A stretch of 63,823 nt of DNA, the filler included, from Reticulomyxa filosa (lineage: Eukaryota; Protista; Foraminifera): the NCBI GenBank assembly GCA_000512085.1. It is 18 parts of 18 records of this genome, joined end to end, with 100 filler letters (N's around TTAATTAATTAA, not from the genome) between each part and the next. Parts side by side here need not be neighbours in the genome. Positions count along the whole stretch, not along the records: positions 23,978 to 28,685 come from ASPP01041114.1; positions 28,786 to 41,372 come from ASPP01022607.1; 16 more parts are not named here. One strand, 5' to 3'. The notes beneath the pieces are model-generated. The model made no database searches, was not told the DNA's origin, and saw only the letters and a program-made list of their open reading frames with translations. Each line of letters starts with the position of its first letter. Positions within the stretch are counted from its first letter, which is position 1. Positions 25,591-38,197 of the stretch are shown one piece after another. The translations under genes and the position numbers were made by a program.

Positions 25591-28500
25591 TTAGCTAATT
25601 TTATCTTTTTCATCCAAATCTTTTTTTGTTAGTACGTGATAGCCTCGAGTCGGGATGGCAATATCCCCGAGCCTGTGAGGTGTTTTACTCAACTGTACTT
25701 CCTTGTACTCATTGCAAGCCTCCAAAAATTCATAAAATGTGGTTTTGATGTATCGTTGATATTGATCTGGTATCGAGGTGCGCTGTTTATGCAATTGCAT
25801 AATTTCGACACTGAACGCCATCAATATGTCACTGTATCGAAAGCACGCAAACGTGATCAAAACTAGACAGCACAAATGATCGAAGAGAGAAAAAAAATTG
25901 TGCTTGAGCATATATATATGTATATGTATATATATCTTCCTCTCTTAACTAATCGGTGTCCACTCTCTGACGAATATTCATATTAACGTATCTCCAGATA
26001 ATTTTTTCATCTTTCCTGCCCCCTTTGTATTCCGTTCGTTTTTCCTTGGCTGAGCCTGAATGGACATCATCTTCGTCTTTTTTCTCTTCTTTTAATTCAA
26101 TTTTGTCTTTTTTAGGAACCAAAAATTTCGATACAATTTTGGGTTGAGCACTACGGTTTGCAAAACTGTATACGTATGTGATGATCTGATAAAAGTAAAA
26201 ATCTTCGATGGCAAACTAATACCTCTCTCCTTCCACTCATTTTCAAAAAAAAACAAAACAAAACTTTTTGTTCAAGGTCTGATAAACATGATTAAACATC
26301 ATTCGAATTTTTTGAATGATTTCACACACTTCCGATTTGCTTTCTTTCATATCTTCGTATGAATCATCGCTGTGGTATCCAAGGCGATTTGTCGTGTACA
26401 GCATGACCCAATGGAAATACTTTCGCACAATTGGATTCCAATGACAAAACAATGCCTGAAAGTACTCTTTGATCAAAATGTCTATGACGTCATACAAACA
26501 CAAAGCACACGTGAATTGAGCCTATTTTTTTTTGTGAAACAAACAAACAAAAAAAAACAAACCTTTGATGATGACAAGTCTTAATCCATCTTGAAACAAA
26601 TGCGCGTGATGCAAAATGAAAGTAAGCAATACACAGACGACTTGGTAGTCATCTTGTTGCAATATGCGAGTGGTCGATTCAATGAACATTTCGTGGCACC
26701 AAGAGTCCGGCAGCAATCCGTTGAGGGGCTCGCAGGGATGTCGCTCCAAAATGCCAATCCACTCTCGAATGGTATCAAAACACAGCTGCACTTGATCCGG
26801 ATGCATTGCGTCCGTGTTCCTCAATAGCGCCGAGCAAAACACGCCCAGCTGATTTGCCATTCGAGGAACATTCTCAAATATTCGAGTAATCGCTTTTATC
26901 ACCCGATTCGACAAGTCCGATCCTACTTTCGACCACTGTTATTATTATTATATATGTATATGTGTATACATATATGTACATGCATGTATGTATATATGTT
27001 TGTGTTTTGTAAAAAAAAAAAAAAAAAAAATCACGTAACAATGAGTCCTTGAACAAACACTTTTGACACCATGGAAAATCCAGGTACGACAGTCCAGTTG
27101 ATCATTCCATGACAGCGTCTGGCAAGGTCTCCAAACATGGCAGAAACAATTTCTTGTGCATTGCTTTGCAAAAACTCGCGCTGTCTTTTCGAAAGCGTGG
27201 ACAATTTCTTTGTTGTTTTTATTGTTGTTATTAAGTTTAAGTTTTGAAATCAATCTCATTTAATATACATATATGCATATATACAATACATACGTATATA
27301 CATATATGTGTATATGTGTATATGAATATGACAAGCAATTTGACTGAGACGAAACTTCACTGTTATCACTTGCAAAACACTTCCAAGCTTCGAGGAAAGC
27401 GGAGGGGTTATCTTGGCTGAAATACAATTCCAGACTGTGAAGGCACTGTTCTTTTTGCGCCAATTCAAGTTCGTACTCTTGTTGCCACGTGATAGGGGCC
27501 TTGCCATCTTCGCTGAAGAATTTGATCAGATACTCGCATCGTTCCCATTTCGCGACCTTCACTTGTCTCTCCCAATCTTTCAGCACGTGCGTCATTATCG
27601 GTTTGTGTAACGGGCTTATCCGCATGCACGCCAATCCCAGCATATTTATTGCTAACTTGTGTCTTCCTTCGTCAAGTTCTTTTTCTTCTTCGATCCACTC
27701 CAACACTTTGCGCTTTTTTTTTTGTTTTGTTTTGTTTTGTTTTGTTTTGTTCTAGAGAGAAGAAGTTTTAAAAATGAAAATTGTATATACAAATTTATGT
27801 ATGTATACAGATACGTATATCTGTACATATACATATATACACATAAATATATACATATATATATATATGTATGTGTGTATATGTATATGTGTATATAAAG
27901 TATATACGTAACAACAGTGTGTTCCAATTGCTTGTAATAGCGATGCATTTTCTTGCTCCAAACTTGAGTGGTCATTGGCTGGAAATCAGAGTTCAACACC
28001 CAGTGTTCGATGTGGGTCAGGTCCCATTCGTATCTCGTGACAATGGCGAACATGACTTCGCACATCTTGGACATGGCTTGTGACTTGATGCCATTGTCGA
28101 TCATGGCGTTGATTTCATCCATGATTTTGCGCCACACGTCCAGCAGCAGCTCCGCCGCCTCGTATTTTTGGTTTTTATCCCGATACACAAAGCAGTCCAT
28201 CATCAGCTTGTCCGCTTTCGCCGCGATATTTACGCGTAAATTCGAATGCGCATTCAACACGCTCTTCAAATTTCCTTGCAACTCCACGTTCCAAGGTTCA
28301 CTCTGCATTTGCGATGGCAAGCGTTTGTGAGGTCTTACATGATGCCGTATGCTTTACATGTGTATGATATATATATATACATACATACATATATACATAT
28401 ATACATATATACATATATACATATATTCATATGTATATGATATGTATATAAAAATGCAAATAAACAATATTGTGTGTATGTATATATATTCTAAACGCTT

Positions 28501-28630
28501 GTTGAAGCGAAGAAAAGTGTCGAATGGTCATTGCAATACTTGTTTTATCCAAAGGCTCCGTGTCATTGTCGGAGGGACTATGTCCTGCCTCGACATTTCG
28601 TTGCGACCCTTGGCGTTTGGATTGCTTTAG
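25591..28630 (-). CDS. DUF1765-like domain protein, 5'-partial, 8 exons
   Basis: All exons join in phase via GT..AG. Motif FQALFCHWNPIVRKYFHWVM follows RILQQDDYQVVCVLLTFI. Confidence 0.75.
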
Positions 28631-28818
28631 CTGTTAATGATTCAAACATAAGAGAAAAAAAAAAAAAAAAACATTTTTTTTTTTTNNNNNNNNNNNNNNN
28701 NNNNNNNNNNNNNNNNNNNNNNNNNNNNNTTAATTAATTAANNNNNNNNNNNNNNNNNNNNNNNNNNNNNNNNNNNNNNNNNNNNTTTTTTTTTTTTTTT
28801 TTTTTTTTGTTCCGACAG

Positions 28819-31275
28819 GTTTCTTATTATGAAAATGTTTGCACTGTCTCATGTTAAGAACATTTGTTTTCTTTTATTTTATTTTTAATGACTGATTCTG
28901 TTTGGACTCATGCCTCCCCTCCTTTTGAAAGACACACAAGCATTTTGGAATTGGACGGACTGGGAACAACACTTGGATTGGATGGCGATGATGGGCATAA
29001 ATATGCCGTTGGCGTTCTTCGGACAAGAGTACGTGTGGAGCAAAACATTTTATGCGTTTGGACTGACACAAAACGACCTGGAGCCATTTTTCAGCGGCCC
29101 CGGCTTTTTTGCATGGCAGAGGATGGGCAACCTACGCGCGTGGGGAGGGCCTCTCTCGCAAGAGATGATCATGAACCAGTACAACTTGCAACTGCAAATC
29201 TTATCGCGCATGAACGCTTTCGGCATGAAGCCTGCATTGACTGCCTTTGCCGGGCACGTGCCTTATGCTTTGCAAGCCTTGTATCCCAATGCGAACAGTT
29301 TTGAAACGAACAGAGATTGCTTTTGAGACAATCGAAAAAAAAAAAAAAAAAAAAAATAAAGTAAATAAATATTTATTTATTTACTTTATTTATTTTTTCT
29401 TGAATATAAACATAGATATGTATATTATATATATATATATATATGTATGTGTATAACAAAGTAACGAAATCCCCAAATTGGTGGGATGCCCCGCCACAGT
29501 ATTGTTGTGTGGATCTGCTGTCATTTAGCGATCCGTTGTTCCAACAAATTGGCTCCACATTCATCCAATTGCAAACCAAGTACTTTGGGACGGCGCACAT
29601 CTATCAAGCCGATACGTTCAATGAAATGCGTCCGCCGAATGGGACCAGCGCGTATTTGAAGAAAGCCTCGAGCGAGGTGTACGCAGCGATGACGGCCACC
29701 GACCCGCAGGCCATTTGGCTGATGCAAGGATGGTTGTTCCAAGACACTGGGTTTTGGACAAACACACGCATCAAAGCGTACTTGAGCGGCGTGCCAAACA
29801 CTGGAATGATCATTTTAGATTTGTACAGCGACGAGGCGCCCGTGTACAATCGCACCGAGTCTTACTTTGGTAAGCCATTCGTTTGGAACACCTTGCACAA
29901 CTTTGGCGGTACCGACGGACTCATGGGAGACTTGCCGTCCATTTCCGAAGGCATTCCCGGTGCATTGGTCTTCCCTAACTCCACCGTTATGGGAGTTGGG
30001 ATTACCATGGAGGGAATTTGGCAAAATTATATCGTCTATGATTTGACCTTGCATATGGCATGGTTTGTTTTTTTTTTTTAAAAAAAAAAAAAATTAAATA
30101 ATAATAAATACATATATATATATATATGTGTATATATGGATATACGTACAAAATAATAGTATTAAATACAATGTCTTATGTAATAGGAATTCCAAAGTTG
30201 TCAATTTGACTAATTTTGTCTCGCGTTACGCGATGCGACGATACGGATTGCCTCATAGCGTGTTGGTGACGTCACCGGCGATGCGAGACAATGTGACGAA
30301 TTACATATTGAACGGATGGAGGACTCTCGGCTCCACTGTGTACACGATTATGACGGTGGGACACACGCTTGGCATCCCCAAGTCCGTGGTCGAAATCACG
30401 CCTACGCTCGACTTGGTGAAGCCGGCACGACGAAGAGCACTATTCAATTACTGGATGGACGGACACGGCGACAATACCTCCAATCCGCTGTTCGCTTCCA
30501 ATATGCTGCGTGAGACGCCCGTCCAAGACACGTGGACCACCACCTTGCTTTACAATCCTACCGTCATACATGTCGCATGGAGAGACTTTGTGCGCGTTGG
30601 AGATACTTTAAGCAACATCAGCAAGTTTACTTATGATTTGGTGGATATTACTAGACAAGTTATTATATATATGTATATATATATGTATACATACATATAT
30701 ATACATATATATATGTGTATATGAATTTTTTTTGGATAAAGGCAATGTCTGATTTGGCATTGATCCATTACTTGAATATGACAAGTTACTATAAGAACGG
30801 AGATGCGGATGGCGTTTATAATGAGGGCCAAACGATATTAGAATTGATCGACGATATGGACGACATATTAAACACACATGTGAACTGGCTGTTGGGTCCA
30901 TGGATCGCGTCGGCTCGAGGCCAGAGCAATAACTCTTCGCAAAAGGACTTATGGGAGTTCAATGCTCGAAATCAAATCACTTTGTGGGGACCACAGGGAC
31001 AAATCAGCGATTACGCCAGTAAAATGTGGGGAGGATTGGTCCGCAGCTATTATCGACCGAGGTGGAAAATGTTCGTTGATATGCTGGTCGAATCCGTGGA
31101 CAATGGAACTCCGTGGAATGAAACAATTTATATTGACCGTGTTTTCAATGAGTTTGAGCTGCCATGGCAATATTCCCATGACACCTTCCCTGTTGTTCCT
31201 GTTAACAATACCATAAATCTCTCTTGTCAACTTTATTTGAAATGGAACTTTTTCGGTGACACTCGATGCACATAA
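28819..31275 (+). CDS. NAGLU: Alpha-N-acetylglucosaminidase (GH89), 5'-partial, 5 exons
   Basis: YYENVCTVSY, DWMAMMGINMPLA, AWQRMGNL, DTFNEM, WLMQGW, LHNFGG, TMEGI, EFNARNQITLWG and DYASKMWGGL. Confidence 0.97.
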
Positions 31276-31719
31276 ATATATCACTTCCAAAAACAAAAAC
31301 ATTGTTTTCAGCTATATGTGAGGGCAATTATGGTTGAATGTAAATTTAACTTATTCAATTTCAGTTTAATAAAAGATGTAAAACCCAATTAAAGCATTTT
31401 TTTGTACGAATAGTGCCATGTGAGATAAGACCTTTCATACTTGAGGATTGCCATTCAAAGGAACTTGTCCCAAAAATTTCTTTCCTCGCTTTTCCAACCA
31501 ACCTTTTTTTTTATTATCGAAAGTTTGTTTAAGCATTGTAAACATTTGCACTCATTTAAGCTTACAAGTGTTTCACAGTATCTTGTTTTTGCGACAATAA
31601 AGAGAGGAGGAGAGAAAGTGGTATCCTGGAACCAACAAAACTAAAAAAAAAAGGACTCTCCCCCTCCCCAAAAAAATAGAAAAATTTAGTGTTCATAATA
31701 AGAACGCTAGATAGATACG

Positions 31720-32879
31720 ATGAACTATGCAGAAGAGCAACAAACAGAACTCGAGTCCTTGGAGTCAATCTATCCCGACACGTTCCGTAAAATATCGACA
31801 TCGCCGGTGTACTACACGCTGAACTTGGTGCCGCACCCAGACAGCGATGAACCGAACCATGTGAACGCTCGTCTTCACATAAAATACCCGCCCGAGTACC
31901 CCGAGCAGGCGCCCACGATAACAGTGGAGTCGCTGAAGGGGCTTTCTCCGAACACGGTGAAAGACTTGGAAGCGATGGCGATGAACATCTGTAAAGACAA
32001 CAGCGGCACGTGTTGCATCTACAATGTATGTACTCAGATCCAAGAGTGGTTGGTTCAGAACAACATCCCTTACGACACCAGTTTGCACGAACAAATGACA
32101 GCACAACAAGACTTGAAAAAGAGATTGGAGAGACTTACCTTTGGCGAGGAAGGCAAGACCGGAGAACACACCACTCTGGATACTCACAGCATCCAAGACT
32201 TTGATCTGTCCTTTCAGCGCAAAAAAGGCACCCCGGTCACCGTCGAGTCCTTCAACGTATGGAGTCAAAAGTTCATCCAAGAATTTCGAGAAGAGAAAAA
32301 AAAAAGGAATTGGAAGAGTCGGGTCCAGTTGATGATAAACGAGATAAACTCACTGGTATGTTCAAAAAGAGGCTTTTTTTTTCTTTTGGTTTTATTTGGA
32401 TAGTGCGAAAACCCACGTTTGGGATACACTAAACATCTCAAATTTTTTATATTTTTTAAACACAATTTGTATATTTGTGCTGTACTCGTAAAAAAAAAAA
32501 AAAAAAAGGGAAGGAAATATTTTTGGAGATGTCATCACGACAATTGAAAGATAATTTGGATAAGTTGGAACAGTATGAATCTTCAGGCGACGAGAGCAAT
32601 GTAGTGATGGAAAAAGATAGATTGGATAAGTACTTTCAAGACGACGAGGACAAGGATGAAGATAAAACAGCAGAAACAACACCGACAAATCCACAACCCA
32701 ATTCCAAAACGAATAAGAAAGATAAACAAAATACTAAGAAAAATAAAAAACAACAATCGAAAAATGACAAAACCATCGTGGTTGACGACAGTGATGAGCC
32801 CAACAAAGATGCTGCTTCGACACAAAATACTGTTGTTGTCAATGACGAAAGCTTGTTCTTAAACATGGATATGGAGTGA
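31720..32879 (+). CDS. RWDD1: RWD-domain protein (RWDD1/Gir2-like); one -1 frame break, one intron
   Basis: EEQQTELESLESIYP, YPPEYPEQAP and GTPVTVESFNVW. KLTGKEIF appears only after a -1 shift at ~32296-32313 and splicing. Confidence 0.85.
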
Positions 32880-33710
32880 TTTAATTCGTTTCATTACAAT
32901 ACTTTATCAAATCAACTTTGCATCTTTTTTTATTATTATTATTACACGACATTTTTCTAAACGATCTGACTTACCTTCATAGAGTACTGTTCACTGATTC
33001 ATAGCTTGGCAGAGTTTGCATACCTCTTGAGTTTATGAATTTCACAGTACATATTTTCGCACCGAAATGACTTTCTTTTTTTCCCATGTTTTTTCTTGTC
33101 TTTTTTTGCAGTCGCTTGGCACACTTTGTCGACGGGATTTCGTGCAACACTAGCCGTTATTGCTAAACTTCTTTTGAACGCAACTAATCTTTTTGTATAA
33201 AATAACTGATGTAAATTATCGATTATTACAATTTAACAAAAAGTTTATTACTGACTTAACTCATTTTAATTTGATGATAATGAAGCACATTTGATTTAAT
33301 GTATGATAAAAAAGTTTATTCTTTATGTTGCGTGAAGAGAACTTAAAACTATTGATATTTGCATTATGTCGGCTGATTACAAAGACTATGAAATTGCGAA
33401 TTAAATTTGCAAATTTTTTTTTGTTGCAATGAAAAAAATTGAACTCTTAGTAATGAAAAACAAGCTTCAATTCAAGTTGGTTTTGTAAGTTTTTTTTCCA
33501 AAAGTTTATAAACCAAACTCTTTGTATGTCTAGTCAGAAAAAGACATTGGAACATGATTTTATTTATTAAATTTGGATTGATACAAGATTTCAATATATT
33601 TATTAATTATGTTATGGTTTTTATATTTTTAAAATATATTAAAATATTAGCAAAAAAAAATAGTAGAAAATTTTATTTAATTTCAAAGATTTTTAAATTA
33701 TTTACAAACA

Positions 33711-33941
33711 TGTGGGGTGTCTACTGTAGATAGCTACACTAAATGTAATAAGAAAAGGTTTTACTCGAATTGACAGTGGCTTTCATTAAAACAAATTAAA
33801 TTGAATAACTAAAATGAATAACTCAATAAGTAAGAAGAAAACAAACAAGAAGTGAAGAAAAGTTGGTGGATAAGTTTAACACAATGGGAACTACTCAATT
33901 CCATAAGGGTTCAGCTTTGCGTAGTAGGCGCTTGCCCTATA
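33711..33941 (-). mobile_element. 3' LTR of the adjacent Ty3/Gypsy element
   Basis: Same LTR family (T[A]TAGGGCAAG...CCCCACA on the minus strand), preceded by purine-rich AAAGAATGAGTAA (PPT-like) and pol. Confidence 0.8.
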
Positions 33942-36270
33942 TTACTCATTCTTTGCACCAGCTGGGCAACATACACATGTTTGATAATCTGTTACGTGTA
34001 ATATCTCGACATTTTGTATGTTTCTTTTGTTCTTTGTCTTTTTACGTTCAATGAGTAGCAATTCTTCGACATTGTTCAATGGTCCTAATGGCTGAGGTGA
34101 CTTGTTCGATGATTCCAACGATGGAGTTGGCTTGTCAATTGCTTCCAATCGTGGTAATAAGTCTACTAGTTTAGATGGCAAATTTAGCTTGCCTGCTTGT
34201 TCCGATGAAAGCCTTTGTTCTGACAATGTCATCGATTTCTTGGTATCATATTCAATGTATAACTTCAGCAACTTCGATACATGCACAAGCAATGCTCACT
34301 CTTAATCTTAAGAGTTACTGCACCAATACGTTGAATGACTATATAGGGACCAACAAATTTTGGCAACAATTTTACTTTATTACATACTATCTGATCTCAT
34401 ACAAACAATAGGACTGAATCACATATTTCAAAATTATCTTTATGTTTTTCTGTTTTCAAATTCTATACGTGTGTTTGTCTTGATGGTACTGCGGTAGCAT
34501 AACGCATGAATCGATCAATCATTGTTAAAATATATTGTTAATTTGATTATGTCTTTGGTAATGGACCAACGATGTCCACCGCAACAATTTGAAACAACCT
34601 TGTGCATGGAAATGTTGAATTTCGCCTGCATTTATATCACTTGTTCCCTTGGATACTTGTCAAATAAAGCAATTCTTGCAAAAACACTTTACATCTTCAA
34701 CTAATACTGGCCAGTATAATCTTTCTTGAATTGCAGCTACCATTCGTTGTGCAACCTGATGCTGTGATAATTCGTGGTAATGGAAATATAACATCACATC
34801 GTGTTATATTGATTTTGGTACAATATGTTTACAATAATAAGTTAGTATTCCCATTTATTCAATATAATTCTTTGTTGTTTAATAGCTTTTCTCCAATGTG
34901 ATTATATTTTGTTATATGTGTTCGGGATCTTTCCTTAGTTTCTATAACAATACTTTTTATAGATGCAATGTTTAATTAGTTTCATGTGCTTCACGAAATT
35001 TTTCTTTTTCAAATAAGTCATCATAATGAATAGCTCACAGTTTATAGTAAACGCTTCTTCAACTTGAGCGACAATATCAATGTTTTCGTTGCAGATCATA
35101 TATCATTTATCTTTTTATTATGTTGTGATCTTGTCATAACTGCTAATTTCTTAATCTCGTTAATGATGTTGGATGTCTAGATATAAAACTGTTCCAACAA
35201 TAAAAATAATGACGATAAATTTTTATAATCAGTATATACTGTAAACTTTCGCAGCAATAAGGATTGAATATATTTTGAACATAGTATACTAATGAGTATA
35301 ACTCTTTTTCGGATTTATGCCAATTTATTTGATGACAATCATATTGTTTGGAGATGAATTTGATAGTCACTATTGCACCATCGTTATTTTGCAATAATGC
35401 TGCAAATATTTCTTCGTTTGATGCATCGCATTGTACAATGAATGACCCATGTGTCTAGGATGTCGTAACAATTGAGTATTTGAAACTACTCTTTCAATTT
35501 CTCAAATGCTTTGTCTTGAACATATGTCCATAACCATTTCGAATTTTTTCGTCGTAGTTTTGTCAATTCGATTGTTAATGCTGCAATATTTAGTATAAAT
35601 TTTGCAATCTATTGTACCAATCCCAAAAGACGTTCTAACTGTTTCTTGGTCTTTGGTTTGTGTACATTCAACACTTTATTTATATAACCTGGATTCGCAA
35701 CAATGCCATAAGATTAAATTTCCTGTTTAAGAAATATGATTTTATTTTACAAGAACTCACACTTGTCTATAGCTAATCTAATTATATTTTGAGAATCGCT
35801 TAAATACTTCATTTAGTACTTGCACATGTGTTATTTCGCAGTCAGTTGCAATTGGCAAATCATAAATTATACGTCAACATCGTCCATATTTCTAAATATA
35901 GAATTTATTATCCGTTGGAAAGTTGCCGGAACATTAGTAAACACAAAGCATATTCGATTCCACTCGTACAATCCCATTGGTGTAATGAAAGCAGCTTTGT
36001 GACTGTCTTTTTCTCTAATAGGTACATGCAAGTATACTAAACGTATATCTAAGTTTGAAAATACACGTTTTGACTCCAACTTTTTCAAAAGATCGTTTAT
36101 ATTTAGTAATGACCATTCATCTCGAATTGTTGCTTGATTCAGCTTTCGATAATCTACACACATTCGTAATGAGAATCTATTCTTTTTTACCAATAGCACT
36201 GGCACTGCAAATTGTGATGAGCTCGTTCGAATAATGCCGTTTCGTTCTAATTTTGTGACTTCAAATGAAA
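33942..36270 (-). mobile_element. Degenerate Ty3/Gypsy pol (RT, RNase H, probable integrase region)
   Basis: LRMCVDYRKLN, AFITPMGLYEW, NVPATFQR, QCDAS and SEKELYSLV in RT-RH order; many stops and shifts. Confidence 0.92.
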
Positions 36271-36743
36271 TAAATTTATTTACGTGATAATGCTTCATTA
36301 TCATCAAATTAAAATATACACTAAATCCTTTTTTTATTAGTTTTGATTTTTTATTGATATTTAAGTTTCCTTCCAACTATTCTCCAGCAGGAGAACAACG
36401 TTCCATTGTTTTTAAAACATTATTTTGTACAAGAAAAAATAAAGTATGAAATTTATGCGTTAGTTTTGTATAATGTTTTTGGTTATTTAATAGCAATTAA
36501 TCTTGCAGATTCTCAGTTCTAGAGTAATTGGTATTTGTAATCAGACCTTCTTTCAATTTGACTTTCTACTTTGTAAATATTACATTTTATATACATTAGA
36601 AATCCTTTAATTGTTTTATTTTCTTTGAACAAAAAGAATCTTAATGAAAAAAGTAAGACGCGTGTAAAGTTCAAAGTTCGTTTTTAAGGCGTCTTAAATG
36701 TGATTTATATTAAACCTTCAAATACTCCAAAAAAAATCAAAAT

Positions 36744-37897
36744 ATGAGCAGTCCTTTCCTTGCTGTCAACGACGAAAACTATAACGGCATAGTAAGTCAG
36801 TTTAACTAAAATTATACATCATACATTTAACAGGTTAATCTGTTGAAAAACAGTCTCAAAAGAATGTGCAATTGGTTATTCAAAATTGGATACGTATTTT
36901 TGATGTTAAATTAGGCTGGATTGATCATTTTGACAAAATCGTGTTCAAATACGTTAAGCTATTTATTTAATATTTACCTGCAATGTAGTATTTATTTTCA
37001 TATAAATAAAAATAGAGTCAATATTTCCAATTGTTGAAGATTTTAGAAGGGCATGAAAGTGGAGTAAAAAGCGTAAGATTTTCAGCAAATGGTAAAAAAA
37101 TTGTTTCATCATCAAGTGACTGTACAGTTCGAATATGGGATGTTGCATCGGGACAACAAAATCAAATTTTTAAAGGACATCTTAATTTGGTCACTATGGC
37201 AGAATTTTCGCCTGATGGACAAATAGTAGCTTCATGCTCAGCAGACAATACAATCCGGTTATGGGATGTAAATTTGGGAAGAGAGAAAATGATACTAAGA
37301 GGACATTCAGATTGGATATGGCGTGTGAGTTTTTCTCCAGATGGTAAACTTATTGCATCTTGTTCAGCCGATACAACAATTCGATTGTGGAAAGTCGATT
37401 CTGGAAAAGAGATGAAAAGATTGATTTATTGTAATGACATATTGGGTGTACAATTTTCACCAGATGGTCAAATGCTTGTATCTGCATCTGTTGATAATAC
37501 AATTTGTATATGGAGCGTACAATCAGGTAAAAAATTAAAAGAATTAAGAGGGCATTCCAATTCTGCTCAACGTGCAAAATTTTCTCCAGATGGTAAATTT
37601 ATTGTATCTTGTTCACGGGACAAAACACTTCGAATATGGGATATTGAATCAGGAAAAGAAATAAAAATATTAAATGGGCATTCAGGCCTTGTGAATGAAA
37701 TAAAATCTTTTTCAGATGGTCAAACTATTGTGTCTAGCTCAGAAGATAAGACCATTCGTATATGGAATGTAAAAACAGGACAAGAAATACAAAAACTGGA
37801 AGGACATTCTCACTGGGTGAAATGTATAGACATTTCACCAGATAATACTACAATTGTATCGTGCGCTGAGGACAAAACTATTCGATTCTGGGGATAA
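36744..37897 (+). CDS. WD40-repeat protein (7 HET-E-like repeats), 3 exons
   Basis: Repeated GH...V..V.FSPDG..IVSCS.D.TIRLWD; upstream exon QNWIRIFDVKLGWIDHFDKIV. Confidence 0.93.
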
Positions 37898-38197
37898 CAA
37901 AATCGGACAACAAAGTAAAATGTGTCCAATGATTAGTAGTCCATTCTTGTTGTTACATTATATTCTTTGCTTAACTTTGCCTCAAGTAATGTTTTTGTAC
38001 AAATTTTAAAAAAGTCCAAGTTTACCAAACAAATCACAACAATACAATATTGGTATTTTCTGTTGAATACAGTGAAATTTATCACTAAAACAAAGAAAAT
38101 ATAGATATTTTTTTTTCTTCGAAAAAAAACTAACTTAATAATCTCCTTTTAATTTAAACCCGGAAATTCAGAAAATCAGTTTTCATCACTTGTAAGG

